A DNA stretch of 64,000 bases. It comes from a virus. The notes beneath the pieces were generated by a model, which was not told the origin of the DNA, did no database searches, and was given only the letters and a program-made list of their open reading frames with translations. Made by a program: the position numbers and the translations under genes. Below are positions 7,412-15,757 of this stretch, one piece after another. Every line of letters starts with the position of its first letter. The stretch's first letter is position 1. The stretch lies in the IMG/VR virus record IMGVR_UViG_3300028388_003908, positions 1-64,000 of that record. One strand, written 5' to 3'.

Positions 7412-8116
7412 ATGATGATGACCAGACTTGTGTGTATCTCAGACACTCACAATCTGCATGAGAAGCTAGAGCTTCCTGAAGGTGACGTGCTCATTCATGC
7501 AGGCGATTTTTCCATGCTAGGTCACGTTAAAGAGACCATACGATTTATCCGGTGGTTCGCTGAACAACCTCATAAGCATAAGATACTAATCGCAGGTAAC
7601 CATGACGTGACCTTAGATAAAGGATTTTATCAGGCGTCTTGGCAACGCTTTCACCGCTTTATGGAAGATCAGCACTCGATTAAGAACTATCTACTGAGAG
7701 AGGAATCCATTCATTATCTTGAGGATAGCTCCGTCACGCTAGATGGTATTAAGTTTTACGGTAGCCCATATCAACCCGCCTTTGGCGGATGGGCTTTTAA
7801 CGTGAACAGAGGGCTGCCTATCAGAGCCGTATGGAGCGCGATCCCTGATGACACCGATGTGCTCATCACACACGGACCACCCGCAGGTTATGGGGATACT
7901 CTCGATAACGGGGAATCTGTAGGATGTGAAGATCTACTACAAGAGATCACAGAGCGGGTAAAGCCTCGCGTTCATGTGTTCGGTCATATACATGAAGGAT
8001 ATGGTATCACGAATAATGAGCACACCACGTTCATCAATCCATGCTCATGCAATAGCCGATATAAGATCGCCAACGCGCCCATCATCTTTGATCTGCCCTC
8101 AAAGGATAAAACATGA
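7412..8116 (+). CDS. metallophosphoesterase (MPPED/239FB-like)
   Basis: Motifs ISDTH, HAGDFS, AGNHD, ITHGPP and FGHIHE. The start is one of three ATGs at 7412-7420. Confidence 0.92.
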   Translation: MMMTRLVCISDTHNLHEKLELPEGDVLIHAGDFSMLGHVKETIRFIRWFAEQPHKHKILIAGNHDVTLDKGFYQASWQRFHRFMEDQHSIKNYLLREESIHYLEDSSVTLDGIKFYGSPYQPAFGGWAFNVNRGLPIRAVWSAIPDDTDVLITHGPPAGYGDTLDNGESVGCEDLLQEITERVKPRVHVFGHIHEGYGITNNEHTTFINPCSCNSRYKIANAPIIFDLPSKDKT

Positions 8117-8574
8117 AACGCTATGCAGGATTAATCGACCCGAGCGGTCCTACTCAATCTGAGTGGTATCAGATGGAGAAGATCGGCAAGCATCTGCACC
8201 AGCGCGGATACGAGCTTAAAAGCGCTTGTCAGAGCGTTAACCCGTTTCTTGAAGGGTCTCGTACTCCTTACGAGAGTAAGCCCTATTTACCCGCAAAAGA
8301 ATGGGCGTTAGAGATGGCGTCAAGCGTCTGTCTTGAACAACCATTGGAGAAGATGGTGAGCGCTGAGATAGAGAAGGTTCTATCTTACGTTCATGTCGTC
8401 ATAGACGAGGAGGGATCGAAAGTAGACTTTCTCGTCTATTGGGCCGACCATGAAGACAGACACCCCCTGCGCTATGCTTTAAGAGTAGCTAAAGCGCAGG
8501 GGGTGTCTGCTTATAATCTTAGAGATCCAGAGCAGAAGAGGAGCTTTGCCTCTATGCTCTCAAATCTAGATTAA
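8113..8574 (+). CDS. degenerate SLOG/DprA-like Rossmann-fold protein
   Basis: Overall pattern YAG...GYELKS...YLP...VDFLVYW...ALRVAK..GVSAYNL matches phage SLOG proteins, but the Gly-rich motifs are lost. ATGA overlap with the upstream gene. Confidence 0.5.
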   Translation: MKRYAGLIDPSGPTQSEWYQMEKIGKHLHQRGYELKSACQSVNPFLEGSRTPYESKPYLPAKEWALEMASSVCLEQPLEKMVSAEIEKVLSYVHVVIDEEGSKVDFLVYWADHEDRHPLRYALRVAKAQGVSAYNLRDPEQKRSFASMLSNLD

Positions 8575-8890
8575 AGGCGGCTTAGAACCTTCTCGGTCAT
8601 ACCTACAAAATTAACCCCTACCTTCTTCATTGGGAAGCTGGCAAGAAGCTCGGTATCACCGTACTCATCTTCTCTCTCAAAAACGAGCGCGTCCTTGCGG
8701 GGCTCGTATCTCATGTAAACATTATCCTCAAAGTCAAAACCTCTTGACCACACGGTAGCGCCGGTGCTGGAGTATTCTAGCTCCCATCCGCCGCGGATCT
8801 TAACACCAACAAGACCTCTGATGGCCACGTTTGCAGGTAGACGATCCTCCATGTCCCAAGACGCGGTGCGTCTATTACCGCGCTCAAGAC
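8571..8890 (-). pseudogene. 5'-truncated MRRTASE-leader cassette gene (member 4)
   Basis: The frame reads LERGNRRTASWDMEDRLP. Its cassette promoter lies at 11983..12030, on the far side of the R-M insertion. Confidence 0.75.
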
Positions 8891-11800
8891 AACCGAGATT
8901 GGAAATAACAAGATGACTAAGACCTTCATGTCAGAGAAAGATGTTGAGACACATTTCCGTAAGCTCTTGGAAGACGCTACGGGGGCTCAGTTCTTAACCC
9001 TCAAGAAGCTCACAGGGGAGCAGGGTGGTGCTTGGGCTACTGATGGTGTGATTGAGTGGACTGCTCCTTGTTCGACCTCAGTCAAGGTCTTGCTTGAGAC
9101 GAAGTTTGGAACGGACTTGAAGAACCCTCAGACAAGAAGCTCTGTGTTGGCTCAAGCTCTCTACTACTGCAAGAAGTTTGAGAATCGTGGAGAGGACACA
9201 CCAAGCGTGATCTTTGTGGGAGACGACAAGTTCTGTTTCGCGCTTGAGTTTGGCAAGGTGAAAGAGTTTATGGGCGCTCAGATTGATTGGTCGAGAGCGA
9301 CTAGCTCACCCGACAAGGCGTTGACCGAAGCTATTTCTGAGAAGGGTATTTCCCCTCACTTTGAGACAACGCTTGGTGTTGATGGAGAGAGCTTAAAGAA
9401 GCTCTGTGAGGAGTTGACGAAGGGTTGTGTTTATAAGGTGAAGCCTAGCAAGCACAACATTTCAGCGATGTTTCAGTATTGGGTCGATCACATTATCCCA
9501 CAGGGGAAATACACGCCTGTGGAGATGACGGACATTTTCTTTGGGTGTGTGTTCTATACAGAGGAGCAAAAGATTGCTCGCACTCTTAGTGGGAAAGAGG
9601 TCTTGATTGGGGGTCGGGAGTACGAGTTGAACGTGGGTGCTATGAACGCTTGGTTTGAGCGTCGTCAGCGTGGGTTAAAGCCTTCAGAGATTGAGGAGCT
9701 TGTGTCTATGCGAGATCGTATCATTGAAGATGATACGCGCAGACGACAGGGGGCTTTCTATACACCTACGTTATGGGTAGATGAAGCTCACTCTGAGATG
9801 GACAAGGTGTTGGGTTCATCTTGGAGAGAGGACTGCATAGTGTGGGATTGTTGTGCAGGTACAGGGAACCTCACACGCGACTACAAGTTTAAGAACTTGA
9901 TTATTTCCACAGCCGAGGCACCTGATGTTCAAGCTCTGAAGCGAGAGGGATATAGTAAGAGCTTTCAGTATGATTTCTTAAACCCCGAAGCAGAGAGCCC
10001 TTTCTTTGGGGAGGGAGATGGGGACAACGTATTGCCATTGTCTGTGAAGAAGATTTTAAGAGAGGGCGCGAAGGCGGGGAAGCGTTTAGTATTTCTGATT
10101 AACCCCCCTTATGCTACAGCTAATAATGCAGGGGCTAAGGGTACTGCAAAAGCAGGGGTCGCTCAGAGCATCGCGAACGAAGAGATGAAGAAGGCGAAGC
10201 TAGGTGCTTGTTCACAACAGCTTTATGCTCAGTTCTTATTTCAATGCGAGCAGGTAGCCTCAGAGTATGGTTTCAAGCAAAAGAGCGTGGGCGTGTTCTC
10301 GCCTATCCTTTACATGGTAAGTGGCTCTTTCGCAAAATTTCGGCCTTTTTGGTACGAGCGTTATTCTTATCAGTCGGGCTTCATGTTTCAAGCCTCACAT
10401 TTCGCTGATGTGAAAGGGTCTTGGGGGATTGGTTTCACGTTATGGAGTGAAGGCAATACTGACATCACACAGGGCTTTGTTATGACTCTAAAAGGTATGG
10501 AAGACGAGAATGTTATCTCCCTGGGAGATAAGATCCTTTATGCTTCAGATGGTCGAGAGGCTTCTTCTTGGGTAAGAGAGCTTGTTAAGGGTGCTAAGAC
10601 TTTTGACGCACCTCAGATGAAATCAGGGTTAGCTCTTGCCCAAGAAGGAAGAGGGAAGCAGACTTTAGACTCTCTCTTTTACTTGCTCGTAGCAGGAAAT
10701 AATCTGCAACAAGCTGGTCAGCTAACAGCCTTCTTTTCAACTACTTTTTCCAATGCAAACGGTTTATCAGTCTTAGCAGGTGAAGGTTGGCGTAGAGCCA
10801 TCGCCCTTCTCTGTGCTCGCAAACTCATAGCCTCAACATGGGCAAACCAAAAAGACGAGTACTTAGCTCCTCAGACTGAGTTAGAGGGATATGACCAATG
10901 GGTAGATGATTGTCACGTTTATGCGCTTCTTCACAGTGCAAATAACATGACCGCTATGAGAAGCGTTACCTACAAGGGTCAAAGTTATAACATCCACAAT
11001 CATTTCTTTTGGCTCACTCGTAAAGAGGCTATGAAGCTCTACGATGACAACCGAGCAAATGACCTCTATCGTGACGCTAAGATTAACCCTATCCCTTATG
11101 AGGTAGAGGAAGAAATGGGAGAGGACATTACTCCACAATGGCGCAAAGATGGTGACCCTTATTTCTCTCATGTGCTTCCGACTCTTAACCTCTCACCTTT
11201 AGCGAAAGAGATCATGGAGGACTTGAACAAGCTCTTTATCAAGTCTCTCACTCTGAGAGCTTCTACAGGCTCAGTAGAGGAGAAGGGTAAGCAGATTGAT
11301 CTTCACTTGAGCGCGTGGGATAGTGGGATTTATCAGCACAAGAAGTTATGGGCTACAGACGCTACTCTGAAGGCTGATTGGGAAGCGTTAAAGGCGAAGC
11401 ATAGAGAGTTAGCCAAGAGCCTTGAGCATGGTGTTTACACCTATGGGTTCTTGAAGAAGTAAGAGTCTTGGGTAGAGTGGGGTGAGAGCCCTGCTTTAGT
11501 TGACTGCTCTCAGAAAGAGGTTTTGAAATGAGAGTGGTCAACCTGTTGATAGCGAGGCGAATGGGAGAGGGGCTTCCTGTAGTCGATTGTCATATCGTGG
11601 AGTACGGGCTGATTCAGACTCGTGTCGATTGGCTTTCTGACGAGGGAAAAGTCCTAGATCAGATAAGTCAGGTGACTTACGATAGGGAGACATTAGGTCA
11701 CGCATATTCTTATGACGATGAGCTATACACAACCGAGGGGAGCAGAGCATATTTCAAGGGGTACGCTTATGCTCTTACTCTACAGAAGGACACCTATGGA

Positions 11801-11982
11801 TTTCTCTATGGCGCTCATTTCAAGGGTGACGAGTTCTTCTTCTTAGATTTAGTCCATTGGGACAGAAAGCCCCCTGTAGAGCTAACCTCAGAGTTTAGTC
11901 TCGTTTCGTTTATTTCCGTTTGGAAGTTAGCGAAGGGTTTTGAGCTGTCGATGAGTAGTCTCATGCCTTACAAGGGGGTGGG
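8891..11982 (+). mobile_element. ~3.1 kb insertion carrying an R-M gene and a truncated ORF
   Basis: It separates the promoter and body of a cassette gene. Its G/T-rich coding strand looks unlike the flanks. No transposase. Confidence 0.65.
8913..11462 (+). CDS. single-chain restriction-modification enzyme (Type IIG-like): PD-(D/E)xK nuclease plus N6-adenine MTase
   Basis: TDGVIEW...LLETK...LAQALYY nuclease motif; GAFYTP; motif I WDCCAGTGNL; motif IV NPPY. Confidence 0.85.
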   Translation: MTKTFMSEKDVETHFRKLLEDATGAQFLTLKKLTGEQGGAWATDGVIEWTAPCSTSVKVLLETKFGTDLKNPQTRSSVLAQALYYCKKFENRGEDTPSVIFVGDDKFCFALEFGKVKEFMGAQIDWSRATSSPDKALTEAISEKGISPHFETTLGVDGESLKKLCEELTKGCVYKVKPSKHNISAMFQYWVDHIIPQGKYTPVEMTDIFFGCVFYTEEQKIARTLSGKEVLIGGREYELNVGAMNAWFERRQRGLKPSEIEELVSMRDRIIEDDTRRRQGAFYTPTLWVDEAHSEMDKVLGSSWREDCIVWDCCAGTGNLTRDYKFKNLIISTAEAPDVQALKREGYSKSFQYDFLNPEAESPFFGEGDGDNVLPLSVKKILREGAKAGKRLVFLINPPYATANNAGAKGTAKAGVAQSIANEEMKKAKLGACSQQLYAQFLFQCEQVASEYGFKQKSVGVFSPILYMVSGSFAKFRPFWYERYSYQSGFMFQASHFADVKGSWGIGFTLWSEGNTDITQGFVMTLKGMEDENVISLGDKILYASDGREASSWVRELVKGAKTFDAPQMKSGLALAQEGRGKQTLDSLFYLLVAGNNLQQAGQLTAFFSTTFSNANGLSVLAGEGWRRAIALLCARKLIASTWANQKDEYLAPQTELEGYDQWVDDCHVYALLHSANNMTAMRSVTYKGQSYNIHNHFFWLTRKEAMKLYDDNRANDLYRDAKINPIPYEVEEEMGEDITPQWRKDGDPYFSHVLPTLNLSPLAKEIMEDLNKLFIKSLTLRASTGSVEEKGKQIDLHLSAWDSGIYQHKKLWATDATLKADWEALKAKHRELAKSLEHGVYTYGFLKK

Positions 11983-12022
11983 TTTCTCGGTTAGCATGAT
12001 TGCTCTCTCAGAGAGCTCATAA
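11528..12022 (+). CDS. hypothetical protein, probably 3'-truncated
   Basis: GAGG SD. The last ~12 codons are read from the antisense of the cassette promoter. Confidence 0.55.
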   Translation: MRVVNLLIARRMGEGLPVVDCHIVEYGLIQTRVDWLSDEGKVLDQISQVTYDRETLGHAYSYDDELYTTEGSRAYFKGYAYALTLQKDTYGFLYGAHFKGDEFFFLDLVHWDRKPPVELTSEFSLVSFISVWKLAKGFELSMSSLMPYKGVGFSVSMIALSESS

Positions 12023-12030
12023 ATAAAAAA
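11983..12030 (-). promoter_or_regulatory. stranded cassette promoter/5' UTR
   Basis: Reverse complement TTTTTTATTTATGAGCTCTCTGAGAGAGCAATCATGCTAACCGAGAAA matches the regions upstream of 1729 and 4273. Confidence 0.8.
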
Positions 12031-12034
12031 GCGC

Positions 12035-12457
12035 TCATCTCATACTCAGCAACCATTTAGTGATCTCATTAGCGCTCTCGTCAGATCCTCCGTGTCTGTC
12101 CGGATGACAGAGACGTAAGAGCGTTTTGATCTTATCCTTGGGGATAGATTGAGAGGGTGCTTTAAAGCGGTTGTTCATCTCTATCGAGAGATTAACCTTC
12201 AAGGTTTCGATCTCTGCTTTCAGTCTCTTTTCCTGTGCTTCTAGCGTCTTGATCTTATTGTTAAGAGCGGCCGTGTCTTGAGAGCCTTCTAAGCGCGATA
12301 AGAGATCATCTATCTCCTCAGACATGAGCTTGATGGCCTCGTCTGCTCGGGTGTGTTGGTATCCTTGTCTATCTTTCCAACAAGGTAGACAGCGCAGAGC
12401 GCGTGAGTTGTGCTTACGGACAAAGGGCATATCGCAATCGGTGCAGTAAGAAATCAA
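12035..12457 (-). CDS. zinc finger plus coiled coil plus J-domain-like (HPD) protein
   Basis: CTDC...CLPC and C-terminal LLRLCHPDRHGG. TTG start with an AAGGAGG SD. Confidence 0.75.
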   Translation of the reverse strand: MISYCTDCDMPFVRKHNSRALRCLPCWKDRQGYQHTRADEAIKLMSEEIDDLLSRLEGSQDTAALNNKIKTLEAQEKRLKAEIETLKVNLSIEMNNRFKAPSQSIPKDKIKTLLRLCHPDRHGGSDESANEITKWLLSMR

Positions 12458-12481
12458 ATGTCACCTCCTTGCACCATATTA

Positions 12482-12512
12482 TAATCTTGAGTGCGAGGTG
12501 AAAAAGACCTTG
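12482..12512. repeat. 31-bp direct repeat, left copy
   Basis: TAATCTTGAG[T/C]GCGAGGTGAAAAAGACCTTG, also at 13466..13496. Confidence 0.9.
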
Positions 12513-12556
12513 ACAGACCTTGACAAGATTTAACCTACAGAAAAGAGCACACACGC

Positions 12557-13468
12557 ATGAATCTCAACGAACACAAGATTGTTTTACTCTCGACATTTTT
12601 CGCTTTGTGGGGTTGTGGTACAAATTCACTATTTAAACCGGATAAGCGAGATTGCCAAAGACATTGGGAATCTTATACGAGTCAGAGACTTGGTTTTAAA
12701 TGTGATTTTGGCACACCATATAGAGATCTCTATGAAAACTCGGCTGAGCCTCTAAGAGAGCGCTTACGAATCTTGAGACGTGACAGATCAAAGCTGTGCC
12801 CATATCGGACATCGTTAAAGACGGTCGATGAGATCAAGAGGATTAAAGCTCGTATTGAAGTTCTAAATGCGAACAAGACTAAGGTAAGGGAGAGAGATAA
12901 GAGATTTGAAACGTATCGAATCGTCGGCACATTCGGCAATTGGACAGAAGACGAATCTATCTTCGTTAGAAACTCGATGGTACTCAAAAGAGACGGAGGT
13001 TTTTTTATGGACAGCCCGGCTGTTCTTGTCCGTGACTATCCTAAGATACGGGAGTGGAAGATAAAGGGCTATGTAAGTGAACATGGTTATCGTCTAGGTA
13101 GAGGGGTAGAATTTGAGAACCTTTATCTTATTGGTATAGAGAAGATGTTTAGTCCCCGCCTTGGTTACTTTTTGGTGCCCGTTTACTCTTTCGTTATGCC
13201 TCAGAGCAAGCGCAGGTTATGGTCTAGTATGCTCGCGGATTTGAAAGATCTCGATCTTGAGATTAGCGCTCTTCGCAATCAAATGAAGAGTATTGAGTTG
13301 AAAACCGATGAAAAATGTAGTGTATGGTTTTCTCTTGAATCAGGTAAATTAAAACGCTCAATAGACGCTTTAGACGTACTTAAACCTTGCATGGAGGCAA
13401 AGACTGCGTACTATACATACGTCCTAAACACTAGATACGAGGGCTGTATACTCTCGGAGATATTCTAA
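12557..13468 (+). CDS. putative lipoprotein (moron-like insertion)
   Basis: Signal KIVLLSTFFALWGC with a lipobox, coiled-coil segments, and flanking 31-bp direct repeats. Confidence 0.75.
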   Translation: MNLNEHKIVLLSTFFALWGCGTNSLFKPDKRDCQRHWESYTSQRLGFKCDFGTPYRDLYENSAEPLRERLRILRRDRSKLCPYRTSLKTVDEIKRIKARIEVLNANKTKVRERDKRFETYRIVGTFGNWTEDESIFVRNSMVLKRDGGFFMDSPAVLVRDYPKIREWKIKGYVSEHGYRLGRGVEFENLYLIGIEKMFSPRLGYFLVPVYSFVMPQSKRRLWSSMLADLKDLDLEISALRNQMKSIELKTDEKCSVWFSLESGKLKRSIDALDVLKPCMEAKTAYYTYVLNTRYEGCILSEIF

Positions 13469-13496
13469 TCTTGAGCGCGAGGTGAAAAAGACCTTG
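13466..13496. repeat. 31-bp direct repeat, right copy
   Basis: One mismatch to 12482..12512. Ends in the TTG of a -35-like element. Confidence 0.9.
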
Positions 13497-13563
13497 CAAC
13501 GCGCTAAGGCGTCTGTCATAAGCGTGTCTCTGTTCTTTGAAATACTAGATGGAAGCGACCTAC

Positions 13564-13636
13564 GCGGGAGTAGCTCAATTGGTAGAGCGTCAGCCTTCCA
13601 AGCTGAATGTTGCGGGTTCAAGTCCCGTCTCCCGCT
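13564..13636 (+). tRNA. trnG: tRNA-Gly(TCC)
   Basis: Acceptor GCGGGAG/CTCCCGC and anticodon arm TCAGC-CTTCCAA-GCTGA. Confidence 0.95.
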
Positions 13637-13703
13637 CTCTGTTCTTCTTGGGAGAGGGGCAGCCTCTGTGATACCGTGGAGGATAAAATCACGGTATGCT
13701 TTA

Positions 13704-13787
13704 ACTCGGGTGGCGGAATTGGTAGACGCGATGGGTTTAGGTCCCATTGGCCGTTAGGTCGTGAGGGTTCAAGTCCCTCTCCGAGTA
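13704..13787 (+). tRNA. trnL: tRNA-Leu(TAG)
   Basis: Acceptor ACTCGGG/TCCGAGT, anticodon arm ATGGG-TTTAGGT-CCCAT and a long variable arm. Confidence 0.93.
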
Positions 13788-13789
13788 TT

Positions 13790-13851
13790 AAGAGACCGCT
13801 AGGTATTTTGTACGCTTTAGGTGGGTGTTAACCTAGCGGTCTCTTTCTTTT
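13790..13851 (+). terminator. long-loop terminator hairpin
   Basis: AAGAGACCGCTAGGT...ACCTAGCGGTCTCTT plus a T-rich tail. Confidence 0.65.
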
Positions 13852-13875
13852 ATGTCGCTTCCTATAAATCTCTTA

Positions 13876-13944
13876 ACATCTATCGCTCAAATGGCTAGAG
13901 CGCGTCTCTTGTAGACGGTGCAGGTTCAAATCCTGTTAGATGTG
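13876..13944 (+). tRNA. atypical or degenerate tRNA-like gene (Gln(TTG)-like or undetermined)
   Basis: Intact acceptor ACATCTA/TAGATGT, D-arm and T-arm, but a shortened anticodon arm (CGTCT-CTTGT-AGACG) and a 2-nt variable region. Confidence 0.6.
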
Positions 13945-14020
13945 TTATCGGCAGAACCTACTAAACATAGGGTTGGGGGTGGGGGTCACGTTCTACTTTC
14001 AACATCTGCCGATTACTTAT

Positions 14021-14094
14021 GCGCTCTTAGCTCAGTAGGTTAGAGCGGGTGGCTGTTAACCACTAGGTCCTAGGTTCAAATCCTAGAGAGCGCG
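14021..14094 (+). tRNA. trnN: tRNA-Asn(GTT)
   Basis: Acceptor GCGCTCT/AGAGCGC, anticodon arm GGTGG-CTGTTAA-CCACT, G discriminator. Confidence 0.95.
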
Positions 14095-14096
14095 CT

Positions 14097-14119
14097 AGAC
14101 CCCTTTTTAGGGGTCTTTT
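14097..14119 (+). terminator. intrinsic terminator
   Basis: AGACCCCT/AGGGGTCT plus T-run. Confidence 0.7.
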
Positions 14120-14155
14120 ACTTTCTACCCTCACAAGATGACATGAGGAAACGAT

Positions 14156-14395
14156 ATGCCCCTAAGAAGCATGAAAATCCTTGCAAATACCGCAATCTCC
14201 ACAGACGGTAAGGTTGAAGCTGAGGTCAATCTGACCTGTGTTGGATATTATGTCGATCTCTACACTTCAGAAGGCGGTTATCAGATGCACACCGAGACCT
14301 ATCAAAAGACGGACGCGCTTTGGGATGACCTAGCTGAGATCACAGGCGAGCTTGATCTACGCAAGGTACAGGATCTAGGATTTACCGCTCACTGA
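14156..14395 (+). CDS. hypothetical protein
   Basis: 79 aa with a GAGGA SD. Confidence 0.7.
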   Translation: MPLRSMKILANTAISTDGKVEAEVNLTCVGYYVDLYTSEGGYQMHTETYQKTDALWDDLAEITGELDLRKVQDLGFTAH

Positions 14396-14441
14396 TACTA
14401 TAAGAGACACGTCCCTATCTCGACATGAAAGGATGTGTCTC

Positions 14442-14813
14442 ATGGACCTAAACAAGACGGCTAATCGCCTGATTGAAATCCGCGCTCAAATGGACCTGCT
14501 CAAGAAGGAGCAAGACGCGCTGAGAGAGCTTTTACCTGTCGGCTTTCGTCATCGTGTAGAAGGCGTTGGTGATGTGACGCTCTACGAGCAAAACCGAACA
14601 AAGGTGGATGGCTTTAACCTATATAATGATCTCAAGAGCGCTGGCGTTAATCCGGATTCTCTCGGTGAGGTCTCGGTCAAGATTAACAAGGATCTACTAG
14701 ACGAGAAGAGGGCCTCGGGCTACTTAAACGAGAGCGTTCGTGACATGATCTCAAATCACACGGAGACCAAGAAGATCTCCGCGCTCAAGGTAACCGTCTA
14801 CTCTAAGAACTAA
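14442..14813 (+). CDS. hypothetical protein (N-terminal coiled coil)
   Basis: AAAGGA SD before ATG 14442. Promoter motif at 14396. Confidence 0.7.
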   Translation: MDLNKTANRLIEIRAQMDLLKKEQDALRELLPVGFRHRVEGVGDVTLYEQNRTKVDGFNLYNDLKSAGVNPDSLGEVSVKINKDLLDEKRASGYLNESVRDMISNHTETKKISALKVTVYSKN

Positions 14814-15475
14814 TCTAGCTTCATCGCTTCAAGTAGAGCTTTAACAGAGTTTTTACCTTCCTCTGTGTTGAGGTACTTACGCAGAGCTTTATTGTTATTG
14901 CCTGTCTGCTCTAAATAAACGTCTTGAGTCTTCTGCCAGGTCAGCACATTTCCTGGTCCTGTCTCAAAATCAAACCAAGAAAACTGCTCCACAAGATGTT
15001 GAGCAACTTCTTGTGATTTATAGTGCTGTCCTGTCACTACGACACCACATCTCTTACCTTCTAAAGGGTTCTTCATGCCGTGTGTGACGTGTCGGTTCTC
15101 AAAGGTGTTGAGACGTTCGATGATCTTCTGCATGAGCGCAGAATGACTACCCCATCTTACGCTTGTGCCCCATATCACAGAGTCACACCAAAGTAAGCTC
15201 TCGTAGATTGCGCTCATCTCGTCCTCTCCACCATACTCTTCCGGATTCTCATGGGAGAGCTTATGCGCCCAACAACGATATTCCCCCGAATCTTTATGAG
15301 CGCAGTTCTCCTTTCCGTCGGAATAGCAACTCAGATTAGGGACAATATGAAGCTCGTTGGCATCTATGAACCATAATTCATGCTCTTTCAGCTTCTCGGA
15401 TATTTCGTCTAGGATCATCTTAGACGTAGATCCTTTTTTATGCGTTGTAGTGCTGATCAGTAGAACTTTAGACAT
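14810..15475 (-). CDS. flavodoxin-like NAD(P)H-dependent oxidoreductase (Fe-S flavoprotein/WrbA-like)
   Basis: KVLLISTT...GSTS, a Cys cluster (SCYS...NC...YRCW), CDSVIWGTSVRWG...MQKIIERL, and GKRCGVVVTG. GAGGTG SD before 15475. Confidence 0.8.
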   Translation of the reverse strand: MSKVLLISTTTHKKGSTSKMILDEISEKLKEHELWFIDANELHIVPNLSCYSDGKENCAHKDSGEYRCWAHKLSHENPEEYGGEDEMSAIYESLLWCDSVIWGTSVRWGSHSALMQKIIERLNTFENRHVTHGMKNPLEGKRCGVVVTGQHYKSQEVAQHLVEQFSWFDFETGPGNVLTWQKTQDVYLEQTGNNNKALRKYLNTEEGKNSVKALLEAMKLD

Positions 15476-15496
15476 AAGACACCTCAAGGACGTGTA

Positions 15497-15712
15497 ATGC
15501 GTTTAATCATAACACAAGTTGATAACGGATATATTGTTAGACGCGAGGAGCAAGAATCCGTATATGAGCGCGTCTATCAGTTCCGAGAAGATCTTGAGCA
15601 AGCAGAAGCTCACGCGCTCTATGATCTACTATGGGATCATTTTGAGAGTTGCTTTCAGTCAAAGCACAAGGGCGGTCTTGTTGTGACGATAGAGGAGGGA
15701 GGTAAAGATTAA
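15497..15712 (+). CDS. hypothetical protein
   Basis: 71 aa with an AAGGA SD. I..VDNGYIV start typical of small phage proteins. Confidence 0.7.
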   Translation: MRLIITQVDNGYIVRREEQESVYERVYQFREDLEQAEAHALYDLLWDHFESCFQSKHKGGLVVTIEEGGKD

Positions 15713-15757
15713 GCGCGTGTGCCTACTATAAGACAGACACGCTAAAAGGAGACGATT

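Noticed and set aside
8891-11982. IS element or transposon
   Set aside because: There is no transposase or integrase, no target-site duplication and only an 8-bp inverted match. It is treated as illegitimate recombination.
13424-13831. ORFs 13424..13747, 13482..13757 and 13607..13831
   Set aside because: They overlap tRNA-Gly and tRNA-Leu and are shadow ORFs.
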